Of a DNA stretch of 25,503 bases, positions 11,518 to 19,300 are shown in pieces. Every line of letters begins with the position of its first letter. Within the stretch, counting starts at the first letter, position 1. Origin of the DNA: Caedibacter taeniospiralis (GTDB taxonomy: Bacteria; Pseudomonadota; Gammaproteobacteria; Francisellales; Francisellaceae); the NCBI RefSeq assembly GCF_002803295.2, contig NZ_PGGB02000006.1, positions 65,519 through 91,021 on the forward strand. Direction: 5' to 3'. The notes beneath the pieces were generated by a model that was not told the origin of the DNA, ran no database searches, and worked only from the letters and a program-made list of their open reading frames with translations. The position numbers were made by a program, and so were the translations under genes.

Positions 11518-11580
11518 ACACGCTTGGGCAAATTATTTGCACAAGTCCATTGTTAAAATTAACATTTGCGAGTGTAGACT

Positions 11581-12264
11581 ATGTTGGAGTTAGTAACTGT
11601 TGAACCAGGGCGGAAGGCAACGCACGCCGTTATTTGGCTACATGGTTTGGGTGCCGATGGGCATGATTTTGAGGCTATCGTGCCTGAGCTCACGTTACCT
11701 CAAAATGCGGGGATTCGTTTTATCTTCCCACATGCTCCTGTGCAGCCTGTTACCATTAATATGGGAATGAAAATGCGTGCGTGGTATGACATCAAACGCA
11801 TTGATGATATTAGGCGGGATATTGATTGTAAGGGGATTGAAGACTCACTAAGCGCATTGGATGAAATTATTCAAGCAGAGCTTAGTCGCGGGATTGCAGT
11901 TGAAAATATCATCATCGCGGGTTTCTCACAAGGGGGTGCTATTGCAGCTTTAGCTGGGCTTACCATGGCATATAAATTTGCAGGCATTGTATCGTTATCA
12001 ACTTACTTACCTGATTGGGACTACTTTAAGCAAAAACTCACGCTGACAAATAGAAATACGCCATTTTTTATAGGTCATGGTACTGAAGATTCAGTGGTTC
12101 CACTTGCCGCAGGAGAGCTGTTAAATAATACTTTGCAGCAGCAAGGCATTACCACCTGTTTTCATCGCTATACCATGGAGCATAGTGTATGTATGCCAGA
12201 GATTAAGGATATTAGTCGGTTTATTCAATCCTGCTATAGGCTAATCAATGACACTGCCAACTAA
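11581..12264 (+). CDS. Alpha/beta hydrolase, carboxylesterase/phospholipase family
   Basis: VIWLHGLGADGHDF, FIFPHAPVQPVTIN, IIAGFSQGGAIAALAGL (GxSxG), GHGTEDSVVPL, TMEHSVCMPEI. Confidence 0.9.
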   Translation: MLELVTVEPGRKATHAVIWLHGLGADGHDFEAIVPELTLPQNAGIRFIFPHAPVQPVTINMGMKMRAWYDIKRIDDIRRDIDCKGIEDSLSALDEIIQAELSRGIAVENIIIAGFSQGGAIAALAGLTMAYKFAGIVSLSTYLPDWDYFKQKLTLTNRNTPFFIGHGTEDSVVPLAAGELLNNTLQQQGITTCFHRYTMEHSVCMPEIKDISRFIQSCYRLINDTAN

Positions 12265-13165
12265 ACTCACCATTGCTTCGAGGGATAGCAAATTGGCATT
12301 GTGGCAAAGTCACTATGTTAAGGATTTATTAGAAAAAGCGCATCCAGATTTAACTTGTGAAATCATAACCATGAAAACCCAAGGGGATAAAATTCTTGAT
12401 CGTCCGCTCAATGAAATCGGTGGCAAAGCGCTTTTTATGAAAGAGCTTGAAGTGGCCATGGAGGAAGGCAAAGCAGATATTGCCGTGCATTCACTAAAAG
12501 ATGTGCCCTATGAATTGCCAGAGGGTTTTGCTTTGGGGGCATTTTGTGCGCGTGAGAATCCACAAGATGCCTTTGTTTCTAATGATTTTGCTGAGTTAGA
12601 TGACCTGCCAGAGGGTGCGGTTGTGGGGACTTCAAGCTTACGGCGTAAGGCACAGCTTTTAGCCTATCGCCCAGATTTGAAAATGTGCGATTTGCGTGGC
12701 AATGTACAGACTCGTTTAAAAAAACTCGATGATGGGCAGTATGATGCGATTATCCTGGCAGCAGCGGGATTAATTCGTTTAGGTCTACAAGCAAGGATTA
12801 ACAGCTTTATTGATGTAAATATTTCATTACCTGCTGTGGGTCAGGGTATTATTGTGGTTGAATACTTATCTCAAAGCACACAGATCAAAGAGTTATTAAG
12901 TAAAATTGATCATCAGGATGCCAGAGAGTGTGCGTTAGCAGAGCGCAGTTTTAATGAAGCGTTACAGGGCGGTTGTCATGCGCCAATTGCTGCATTTTGT
13001 AGGAAGGAGCAGGATAAGCTGTTATTAACTGCCATGGTAGCAACTGTAAACGGGAAAATGCTTTTGCGTGACCAGTTTATTGGTGAAGATGCAGAAAATT
13101 TAGGAAAGGCATTGGCTGAAAAAATGATTATTCAAGGGGCAAAAAAAATTTTGCAGCAAGTGTAA
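12248..13165 (+). CDS. hemC: Hydroxymethylbilane synthase (porphobilinogen deaminase)
   Basis: IASRDSKLALWQSHYVKDLL, GGKALFMKELEVAMEEGKADIAVHSLKDVP, GTSSLRRKAQLLAYRPDL, LRGNVQTRLKKLDDGQYDAIILAAAGLIRLG, ERSFNEALQGGCHAPIAAF (cofactor Cys); 305 aa. Confidence 0.98.
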   Translation: MTLPTKLTIASRDSKLALWQSHYVKDLLEKAHPDLTCEIITMKTQGDKILDRPLNEIGGKALFMKELEVAMEEGKADIAVHSLKDVPYELPEGFALGAFCARENPQDAFVSNDFAELDDLPEGAVVGTSSLRRKAQLLAYRPDLKMCDLRGNVQTRLKKLDDGQYDAIILAAAGLIRLGLQARINSFIDVNISLPAVGQGIIVVEYLSQSTQIKELLSKIDHQDARECALAERSFNEALQGGCHAPIAAFCRKEQDKLLLTAMVATVNGKMLLRDQFIGEDAENLGKALAEKMIIQGAKKILQQV

Positions 13166-13166
13166 A

Positions 13167-13442
13167 TTACATTCCAAAAATACCGGCATGACTGCCAATG
13201 TCTATGAGTGTAATACTGTTACTATCGACTTTGATGTATAAAAGCAGATCATCAGGTTTTAAATGCAGCTCCCTAATCCCTTTTAAATTGCCTTTTAGCT
13301 CATGATCTTTGTATTTCCTGGGAATTGGTTTTTCGCTGATCAGAAGTGCAATAACGATTCTAAGTTCTTGCAGGACAGCTTTATTAGCACGGTATTTTTT
13401 CAGAGACTTAATGAATCGCTTCTTCTGAATGATTTCAAGCAT
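13167..13442 (-). CDS. YafQ/RelE-family mRNA interferase toxin
   Basis: 91 aa, KKRFIKSLKKYR...RKYKDHELKGNLKGIRELHLKPDDLLLYI...ITLIDIGSHAGIF matches the YafQ-like pattern; 8 bp overlap with the upstream antitoxin. Confidence 0.82.
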   Translation of the reverse strand: MLEIIQKKRFIKSLKKYRANKAVLQELRIVIALLISEKPIPRKYKDHELKGNLKGIRELHLKPDDLLLYIKVDSNSITLIDIGSHAGIFGM

Positions 13443-13662
13443 TTTTAATTATCTCATCAAGTTCTTTTAAAAAGTTTTCGCCACTACAGTGCACATCACC
13501 ATTTGTCTCTAATAAAGATTTCTCTAGCGGGGAAAGTGTCTTTCTGTAAGCGTCAGCAAGCAATAGTCTGGCATATGAGCTTGTCGATAGTCCTGCTTCT
13601 TTTGCGCTAGCCTGAAGGCTCTTGGCCAAGTTGTCTTCTAACATCACTTGTATTTTCTGCAT
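13435..13662 (-). CDS. RelB/DinJ-like (RHH) antitoxin
   Basis: MQKIQVMLEDNLAKSLQASAKEAGLSTSSYARLLLADAYRKTLSPLEKSLLE; located directly upstream of the YafQ-like toxin. The ORF extends to 13683. Confidence 0.75.
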   Translation of the reverse strand: MQKIQVMLEDNLAKSLQASAKEAGLSTSSYARLLLADAYRKTLSPLEKSLLETNGDVHCSGENFLKELDEIIKNA

Positions 13663-13735
13663 AAAATCACCTTTAATCATCATGATTCACAATGATTAAT
13701 TCTAGCATGCGAATTGCTCACTGTCGTTGAATTTT

Positions 13736-14272
13736 TCAAAGAAAAACTGATTTCTCAACAAAGCGCAAAAGCCCGAAAAAGCTCTCCTGAAAAGGACGCC
13801 TAACATAATCGTGATAAGGTTTTGTGACTAAAATCGGGAAACTGCCTGCTAAAATGCAGGCAAGGCACCCTGTGAGGAGTCTATCATCGATCAGTGCTAA
13901 TTCATGCGATTTACAGTGAGCGATTTCCTGGATCTTAAGTAAACCATCTGGATAGGGCTTTTTTGCCACGCCGTCAATAAAACGAATATTGGGGAAATGT
14001 TGTGCAAAATATTGCGCGCGCGCTACTGTCGGCTTGTTGGAAAGAATAAAGATATTTTGTTCAGGGTATTTTTGGCATAAAAGCTTAAGCCAGGCAAAAA
14101 TGACCTGGTTGGGTAAGGGCTGACCATGGGGAGCCAAAACTCCATCAAAGTCTAAAGCAATATATCGAATTCCGAGTTTTTCGAGCTTGTCAGGGTTTAA
14201 TTGAGTAACGGTTTCAACCTGATGCTTTTTTTGTGCTATGGCTTTGATTTTATTGCGTTGATACCAGCTCAT
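13736..14272 (-). CDS. YqeG family HAD-IIIA phosphatase
   Basis: IRYIALDFDGVLAPHGQPLPN (HAD motif I), IFILSNKPT (motif II), KKPYPDGL and LALIDDRLLTGCLACILAGSFPILVTKP (motifs III/IV), resembling the YqeG layout. The ORF extends to 14299. Confidence 0.75.
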   Translation of the reverse strand: MSWYQRNKIKAIAQKKHQVETVTQLNPDKLEKLGIRYIALDFDGVLAPHGQPLPNQVIFAWLKLLCQKYPEQNIFILSNKPTVARAQYFAQHFPNIRFIDGVAKKPYPDGLLKIQEIAHCKSHELALIDDRLLTGCLACILAGSFPILVTKPYHDYVRRPFQESFFGLLRFVEKSVFL

Positions 14273-14306
14273 TTTGATCGTAAAACTAACTCTTCCCATC
14301 GTGTTG

Positions 14307-14499
14307 CTATTCCTGCTCTTTTTTATATTCTGGATGACTTTCCTGCAGCTTGAGTGCTTTTTTATAAAGCATGTTTTTTTTGCCCTGCATCAGCTCAACT
14401 GCAATGCTCACCGCTTTTTTAATTGGTAGCTCCTGCATGAGTAAAGTCAGTAATCGATTTTCATCGATGGAGGTTGCTTCAGGCTTTTCCTTTTTTTTT
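14307..14499 (-). pseudogene. rsmI: Frameshifted C-terminal domain of RsmI
   Basis: Reading +1 after the homopolymer gives ...EKPEATSIDENRLLTLLMQELPIKKAVSIAVELMQGKKNMLYKKALKLQESHPEYKKEQE*, with the stop codon at 14307-14309. This looks like the normal RsmI C-terminal domain. The A9 run (T9 on +) is at 14491-14499. Confidence 0.88.
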
Positions 14500-15225
14500 C
14501 CCTTCTATAAGAATGACAAATTCACCTTTAGTCAAGGCAAGGTCTGTGCTAAAGAGCGTTAAAATCTCCGCGGCTGTACCATCCATAAAGCGTTCAAACT
14601 GTTTGGTGAGCTCTTTTGCAACGACAAGTTGGTGATTGGGCAGCGTATCAGCAATGTCATGCAAGGTTGCCACAATGCGATGTGTTGACTCATAAAAGGA
14701 GCTCGTCATCGTGGCGTGTTCAATGCCTTGCAGGATTTTTTTGCGAGCTCCTGATTTAGCGGGAAGAAAACCTCTAAATTGAAAATTATCCGTAGCAAGT
14801 CCTGCAGAGGATAATGCTGTAATCAATGCGCAAGCTCCTGGCAGTGGGACTACTTTGTAACCCTGGGACTTAATGGTTTTGACCAGATGAAAGCCAGGGT
14901 CACTAATCAAAGGAGTTCCCGCATCACTGACCAAAAGCGTAATTTTATGCTCACTCAAGTGCTGAATTAACAGGTCAACTCGTGCTTCTTCATTATGCTC
15001 GTGGCATGAGATAAGCACCGGTGGTTTAATGCCATACTGCTCCAGGAGTTTTCTGGTAACACGTGTGTCTTCAGCAAAAATGACCTCAGCAGCTTTTAAC
15101 GCTTCTAACGCACGCAGAGTGATGTCCTGCAAGTTACCAATGGGTGTGGCAACAACATATAAAACCCCGCGTTCGATTTGGTTTTTCATAAACTCTTCTA
15201 CATACCTTAATTTGTGTGCAAGCAT
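14479..15225 (-). CDS. rsmI: 16S rRNA (cytidine-2'-O)-methyltransferase; ORF ends early at an A9 tract (see next feature). Start likely 15189 (MKNQIERGVLYVVATPIGN)
   Basis: GVLYVVATPIGNLQDITLRALEALKAAEVIFAEDTRVTRKLL, LLVSDAGTPLISDPGF, LPGACALITALSSAGL, FRGFLPAKSGAR, FYESTHRIVATL, VVAKELTKQFERF, GEFVILIEGKKKGKA*. Confidence 0.95.
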   Translation of the reverse strand: MLAHKLRYVEEFMKNQIERGVLYVVATPIGNLQDITLRALEALKAAEVIFAEDTRVTRKLLEQYGIKPPVLISCHEHNEEARVDLLIQHLSEHKITLLVSDAGTPLISDPGFHLVKTIKSQGYKVVPLPGACALITALSSAGLATDNFQFRGFLPAKSGARKKILQGIEHATMTSSFYESTHRIVATLHDIADTLPNHQLVVAKELTKQFERFMDGTAAEILTLFSTDLALTKGEFVILIEGKKKGKA

Positions 15226-15292
15226 GCTCTAAGATGGCATGCTTCAAGTAAACAGATTGTTGTGTTTATACAGTTCACCTTTATTGCCGCAT

Positions 15293-16663
15293 TCATATAA
15301 CTTTCTCACGTATTTTCCAATAACCTCTTGTGCCGCTAATCCTCTGAATATAACCTGCTTCTCTAAGTTGCTTAATATTTTTTTCGATAGCTGAGGTAGT
15401 TATTGAAAGTATTTTGGATATTTGTGCTGCTGAAATTTTAGGGTTATTTTTCATTTCGGTTAGTATCTTAAATTTAGTATTACCCAACTCATTACCCAAC
15501 TCATTACCCAACTCATTACCCAACTCATTACCCAACTCATTACCTAAGTTGAGTGCTTTGTGCAACTCAAGCAGAATACCTCCAGACCTTTCTGTAATTT
15601 TAGGGCTTGGCATGTATGCACGCTTGCAAGCATCGGCAATTTTCTCAATACCACGTCCCCATGAGTCGATATAACCTGCTCGGTAGCATACTTCCGCGAT
15701 CAAGGGATTGCGAGGGATAGATTCATGGGTTTTAAATAATTGCTCAATGGATAATTCTTCAGGCAATATCCCTGCATTCCATAGTGTCAGATGGCTATCA
15801 TAGACTTTCATCTGCGTCATACTGCCAAGGTAATTACGGTGAACTAGTGCATTTAGTAGCATTTCACGCAGAGCAGTCACAGGATACTCCAGCTCTTCAA
15901 TACGCTTGATCCCTTCAAATCGAACAGGCTTGATCAGAAATTTCTTTTCTAATTGCTCTATTACGTCATACAGTATCTGAATCAGATTGCCTTCACATAC
16001 CTCCTGAAAGCGCAGGTCGACACCTGTTTTGCCGAAACGACCTATTTTTACAAATAGGTTAGGGTAGAACTCGCCAGGGTCTTTACCAAATAAAATGATA
16101 GCTGCACGCGTTATACCATGTCGTGTGATTAAATGTAGTTTTTTTAATACTTCTCTAGGCGTTAATTTGCTTAGATCTGGAAGACGCCCTGCCAAAGCCG
16201 CATCAGACTTAAAACTCGCAATGGTTGCTTCATCAATGTCGTCTAAACTTGCATTTTCCTCAATGGTGCTATCCCATGTTACGCCCATCTTATGCATTAA
16301 AAAATCAGTTAAAGCATTTCCTTTGAGTTCTTGCTTTGTACTTCCTGAGCGCCAGTAGTATGCCCCTCGCAGTGAAATGGGGACGCCTGAGGGTTCAACA
16401 ATAATTTCAAGATATGCTTTTTCTTCCTGAATAAGCAGATTAATTTTTGGCATTAAACCAAGATGGTCACGAATTTTATTCGGTAGCTCTTCCAGAAGCC
16501 TTTTTGCATTTGATAGTCCAATGACTTTTCCATAGTCGTCAACACCAATGTATATTTTTCCACCTTGTGCATTGGCAAAGCCACATATCCATTTTAAATA
16601 CTCATCTTGCCAGGAAGATTTCCATTCAATGTTTTGTGATTCAGAATGCTTAGAGGTTTTCAT
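15293..16663 (-). CDS. AlbA_2/Schlafen-type ATP-binding protein with ATPase-like C-terminal region and winged-HTH domain (RecG-like annotation family)
   Basis: SQNIEWKSSWQDEYLKWICGFANAQGGKIYIGVDDYGKVIGL (AlbA_2), YPVTALREMLLNALVHRNYLG, RNPLIAEVCYRAGYIDSWGRGIEKI, C-terminal KNNPKISAAQISKILSITTSAIEKNIKQLREAGYIQRISGTRGYWKI wHTH. Confidence 0.9.
   Translation of the reverse strand: MKTSKHSESQNIEWKSSWQDEYLKWICGFANAQGGKIYIGVDDYGKVIGLSNAKRLLEELPNKIRDHLGLMPKINLLIQEEKAYLEIIVEPSGVPISLRGAYYWRSGSTKQELKGNALTDFLMHKMGVTWDSTIEENASLDDIDEATIASFKSDAALAGRLPDLSKLTPREVLKKLHLITRHGITRAAIILFGKDPGEFYPNLFVKIGRFGKTGVDLRFQEVCEGNLIQILYDVIEQLEKKFLIKPVRFEGIKRIEELEYPVTALREMLLNALVHRNYLGSMTQMKVYDSHLTLWNAGILPEELSIEQLFKTHESIPRNPLIAEVCYRAGYIDSWGRGIEKIADACKRAYMPSPKITERSGGILLELHKALNLGNELGNELGNELGNELGNELGNTKFKILTEMKNNPKISAAQISKILSITTSAIEKNIKQLREAGYIQRISGTRGYWKIREKVI
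15479..15538. repeat. 12-bp coding tandem repeat, 5 perfect copies of ATTACCCAACTC (encodes Glu-Leu-Gly-Asn on the - strand)
   Basis: Direct reading: five consecutive ATTACCCAACTC units (15479-15490 ... 15527-15538), followed by a degenerate ATTACCTAAGTT unit. Confidence 0.97.
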
Positions 16664-18045
16664 ACTAATAAGTCAACTAATTTTGCTATGTCTCCTGCTC
16701 CTTGCACGAGTATAACATCATTTTGCGCGACAAGCTTATTGAGTAAGTCGCTCGTTTTTTCATTGGTATCGACATAAAAGCAGTTGTGATGTGACTTTTT
16801 TAATTCATTAAATAGATCAATCGCATGCGCCCCATCTATAGGCGCCTCACTGGCTGAATACGTGCGCATTAAAATCAAGACATCTGAATTTTTTAAGCAA
16901 GCAATAAACTCATTGAATAAATCGCGTGTACGTGTGTAGCGATGCGGTTGATAGACATGTATCAAACGGCGTTTGGGAAACTGGATTTGAATAGCATCTA
17001 AGGTGCTTTGAATTTCAACGGGGTGATGTCCATAGTCATCAATCAGGTCAATATTATGCGTGTTAATTGTGGTCTGATAGTGGTTAAAACGGCGATAAAT
17101 GCCTTTGAAGCTAAGCAAGGCTTTTTTAATAAGGTTTACATCAATGCCAAACTTTAAGCAAAGCGCAATCGCAGCCAGAGCATTTTCTGCATTATGCTTG
17201 CCAGGCAATGGACTTGAGAAATTACGTAGTACTTCATCGCCAAAGAAAATGTCAAAATTTGCACAGACGTCGCTTTGCAGGAAGTTTTTAATGTAAACAT
17301 CCATATCTTGCTGTAAGCCATAATGCAGTGCTTGTGGCTTTTGCATTTTAATTCGTTTGATCAATTGGTAGGCACTGCTGCTATCACTGCCGATAAGAAT
17401 TTCACCGCTTACGTTAGGTTGTGTGGCAAATTTTGCAAAGCTGTAAATAAGAAGATCAATTTGATGCTGATAAGTCTGCATATGATCCAGATCAACATTG
17501 CTGATAATAATGTGTTTCGGGTGGATTTTCAGAAAAGAAGCATCGCTTTCATCTGCTTCGATAATCATATATTGAGAGTCGCTGGCATGGGCATGATGGA
17601 CAAAGTTATTGGCAAGTCCGCCATTGATAAAGCTTGGATTAAGTCCTGCCTCATTCATGATATGTGCGATAAGACTTGTAATCGTGGTTTTACCATGAGT
17701 TCCAGTTATTGCAATAAGCTCAGGATAATCTTCGGCTAAAAACGCCAGAAATTCAGCACGGTGAAAAATCGGAATGTTTTGTGCCAATGCCTTTTGATAT
17801 TCTGGATTATCTTTACTCATGGCGGAGGTGTAAATAATGGCATCAGGATGAGATAAGTGATCTGCATGGTGTCCAATAGCGACTTTGGCGCCAAGCTTCT
17901 GAAGTTTGCGGGTTAAGTCGGAACTTTGAAGATCAGAGCCCGAAACGTGGTAACCTTTTTGTAAAGCAAAAATCGCGAGTGCAGACATCCCCATGCCGCC
18001 GATGCCGATAAAATGATAATGTGGTGTTTTATGGTTAATGGTCAC
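16660..18045 (-). CDS. murC: UDP-N-acetylmuramate--L-alanine ligase
   Basis: YHFIGIGGMGMSALA, ITGTHGKTTITSLIAHI, YMIIEADESDASFL, ISNVDLDHM, LPGKHNAENALAAIA, LIDDYGHHPVEIQSTLDAI, VYQPHRYTRTRDLF; 461 aa. Confidence 0.92.
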   Translation of the reverse strand: MTINHKTPHYHFIGIGGMGMSALAIFALQKGYHVSGSDLQSSDLTRKLQKLGAKVAIGHHADHLSHPDAIIYTSAMSKDNPEYQKALAQNIPIFHRAEFLAFLAEDYPELIAITGTHGKTTITSLIAHIMNEAGLNPSFINGGLANNFVHHAHASDSQYMIIEADESDASFLKIHPKHIIISNVDLDHMQTYQHQIDLLIYSFAKFATQPNVSGEILIGSDSSSAYQLIKRIKMQKPQALHYGLQQDMDVYIKNFLQSDVCANFDIFFGDEVLRNFSSPLPGKHNAENALAAIALCLKFGIDVNLIKKALLSFKGIYRRFNHYQTTINTHNIDLIDDYGHHPVEIQSTLDAIQIQFPKRRLIHVYQPHRYTRTRDLFNEFIACLKNSDVLILMRTYSASEAPIDGAHAIDLFNELKKSHHNCFYVDTNEKTSDLLNKLVAQNDVILVQGAGDIAKLVDLLV

Positions 18046-18232
18046 AATGGTGATTTACTGCGCTAAATCAATACTTGGCAGTAGTTTAATACAAGTAAAG
18101 GCAAAAATATTGGGGAATTTGGTTTTAATTGGGTTAAGGATTTAGCCATTCTTTACACGTGTGATAGGTGCATATCGAAAATTTAGCAGGTAAAATGCTC
18201 GCTAATGTCAGCGGTTGACTGATTATGGTTTA

Positions 18233-19300
18233 ATGACAAGAAGAATAAAAAATTTTTCTCTTTGGATACTAATTAAATTACTGTCTTTTTTTGCAAAAAG
18301 ATCAAAGAGGAGCAAAGAGCATATATTGGTGTTATCTAATACCGCCATGGGTGATACGCTATGGGCAACCGCGGCGCTGCAATATCTGCACGAAACCTCT
18401 CCCAAGACTCGTGTTACCGTGCTGTCATCTGTGATTGGAGGACAGGCTCTACTTAATAACCCTTACATTTATGAGCTCTGGATTGATCAAAAGTCATTCT
18501 CTGGCAAAGTTAGGAACTTCATTGCTATTTTGCGAACGCCATTCTCTGAGACTTTTAACTTTCACACCTCGAAGCGTTTTATTGCTTATGTTGGATATCT
18601 TGGAAGCCCAGGTAGATATTTTGGTATTTATCCTGAGTGTAAAGCTAGCAGTATTCTAACCGGAGGTATCGATTCACCTGAATTTGAAACCTTACATAAA
18701 ATACACATGAGAATAAGGCTGTTAGCAAAGTATTTAAACCTAAACTTACCCAGTCCAGACAATCAATACTATCTTTCAGTTTATCCGCAACAAAAAGATC
18801 AAGAAAAAGCTAAAGTTTTGATAGGCTATGCTCAAAGTAAAAAATATATATTCATTCAGCCAGGGGCGAGTTTTAAGGAAAAACAATGGCATCCTGATTT
18901 TTTTAGACAGGTAGTCATATGGCTTGACCAAAATGAGTTTTACTGTGTTTTTGCAGGTAATCAAAGAGAATGTGAACTGATAGAAACGATTACTAAAGGT
19001 TGTAAAAATGTACTGAAGCTAGGCAGTCATAACACGGTAATGGAGCTTGCAGCAGTCATTGATCTGTGTGAACTAGTTGTCACCAATGACACTGGTCCTA
19101 TGCATATTGCTGAAGCACTCAATAAAGCCATGCTATGCTTCTTTTGGGAGAATCACGTAATCCCTGCAAAGCCTATTACGAAGAATCGGTTAAAAATCTA
19201 TGAAAGTAAAAAGACTTCAGATTACATCATAGAGCCAGAACCAGAAGAGGTTATTGCTGATATACAAAGCTTTTTAAGCGAGCGGCAAAAGCTTTATTAA
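18233..19300 (+). CDS. Glycosyltransferase family 9 (heptosyltransferase-like)
   Basis: ILVLSNTAMGDTLWATAALQYL, KKYIFIQPGASFKEKQWHPDFF, VVTNDTGPMHIAEAL. The ATG at 18233 is more plausible than the TTG at 18215. Confidence 0.88.
   Translation: MTRRIKNFSLWILIKLLSFFAKRSKRSKEHILVLSNTAMGDTLWATAALQYLHETSPKTRVTVLSSVIGGQALLNNPYIYELWIDQKSFSGKVRNFIAILRTPFSETFNFHTSKRFIAYVGYLGSPGRYFGIYPECKASSILTGGIDSPEFETLHKIHMRIRLLAKYLNLNLPSPDNQYYLSVYPQQKDQEKAKVLIGYAQSKKYIFIQPGASFKEKQWHPDFFRQVVIWLDQNEFYCVFAGNQRECELIETITKGCKNVLKLGSHNTVMELAAVIDLCELVVTNDTGPMHIAEALNKAMLCFFWENHVIPAKPITKNRLKIYESKKTSDYIIEPEPEEVIADIQSFLSERQKLY

Noticed and set aside
11366-11593. Plus-strand 75-aa ORF upstream of the esterase gene
   Set aside because: No recognisable family, low-complexity Cys/His/Tyr-rich content; more consistent with intergenic regulatory sequence.
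14371-14562. Plus-strand 63-aa ORF over the rsmI 3' region
   Set aside because: It is antisense to the real RsmI C-terminal domain, which is recovered in the shifted minus-strand frame.
15479-15538. Possible CRISPR-like direct repeats
   Set aside because: Units are 12 bp, contiguous and without spacers, and they are in frame inside a CDS, so this is a tandem minisatellite rather than a CRISPR array.
15414-15674. Plus-strand ORF with SLPNSLPNSLPNSLPN repeats
   Set aside because: Antisense to the AlbA-domain gene. The repeat is the complement of the in-frame ELGN array, and there is no independent support.
13167-16663. Novel defense island combining the TA pair, HAD phosphatase, RsmI and AlbA-domain protein
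   Set aside because: RsmI and the YqeG-like phosphatase are ordinary conserved enzymes, and no shared operon logic or defense partners were visible. Adjacency alone does not support a system.
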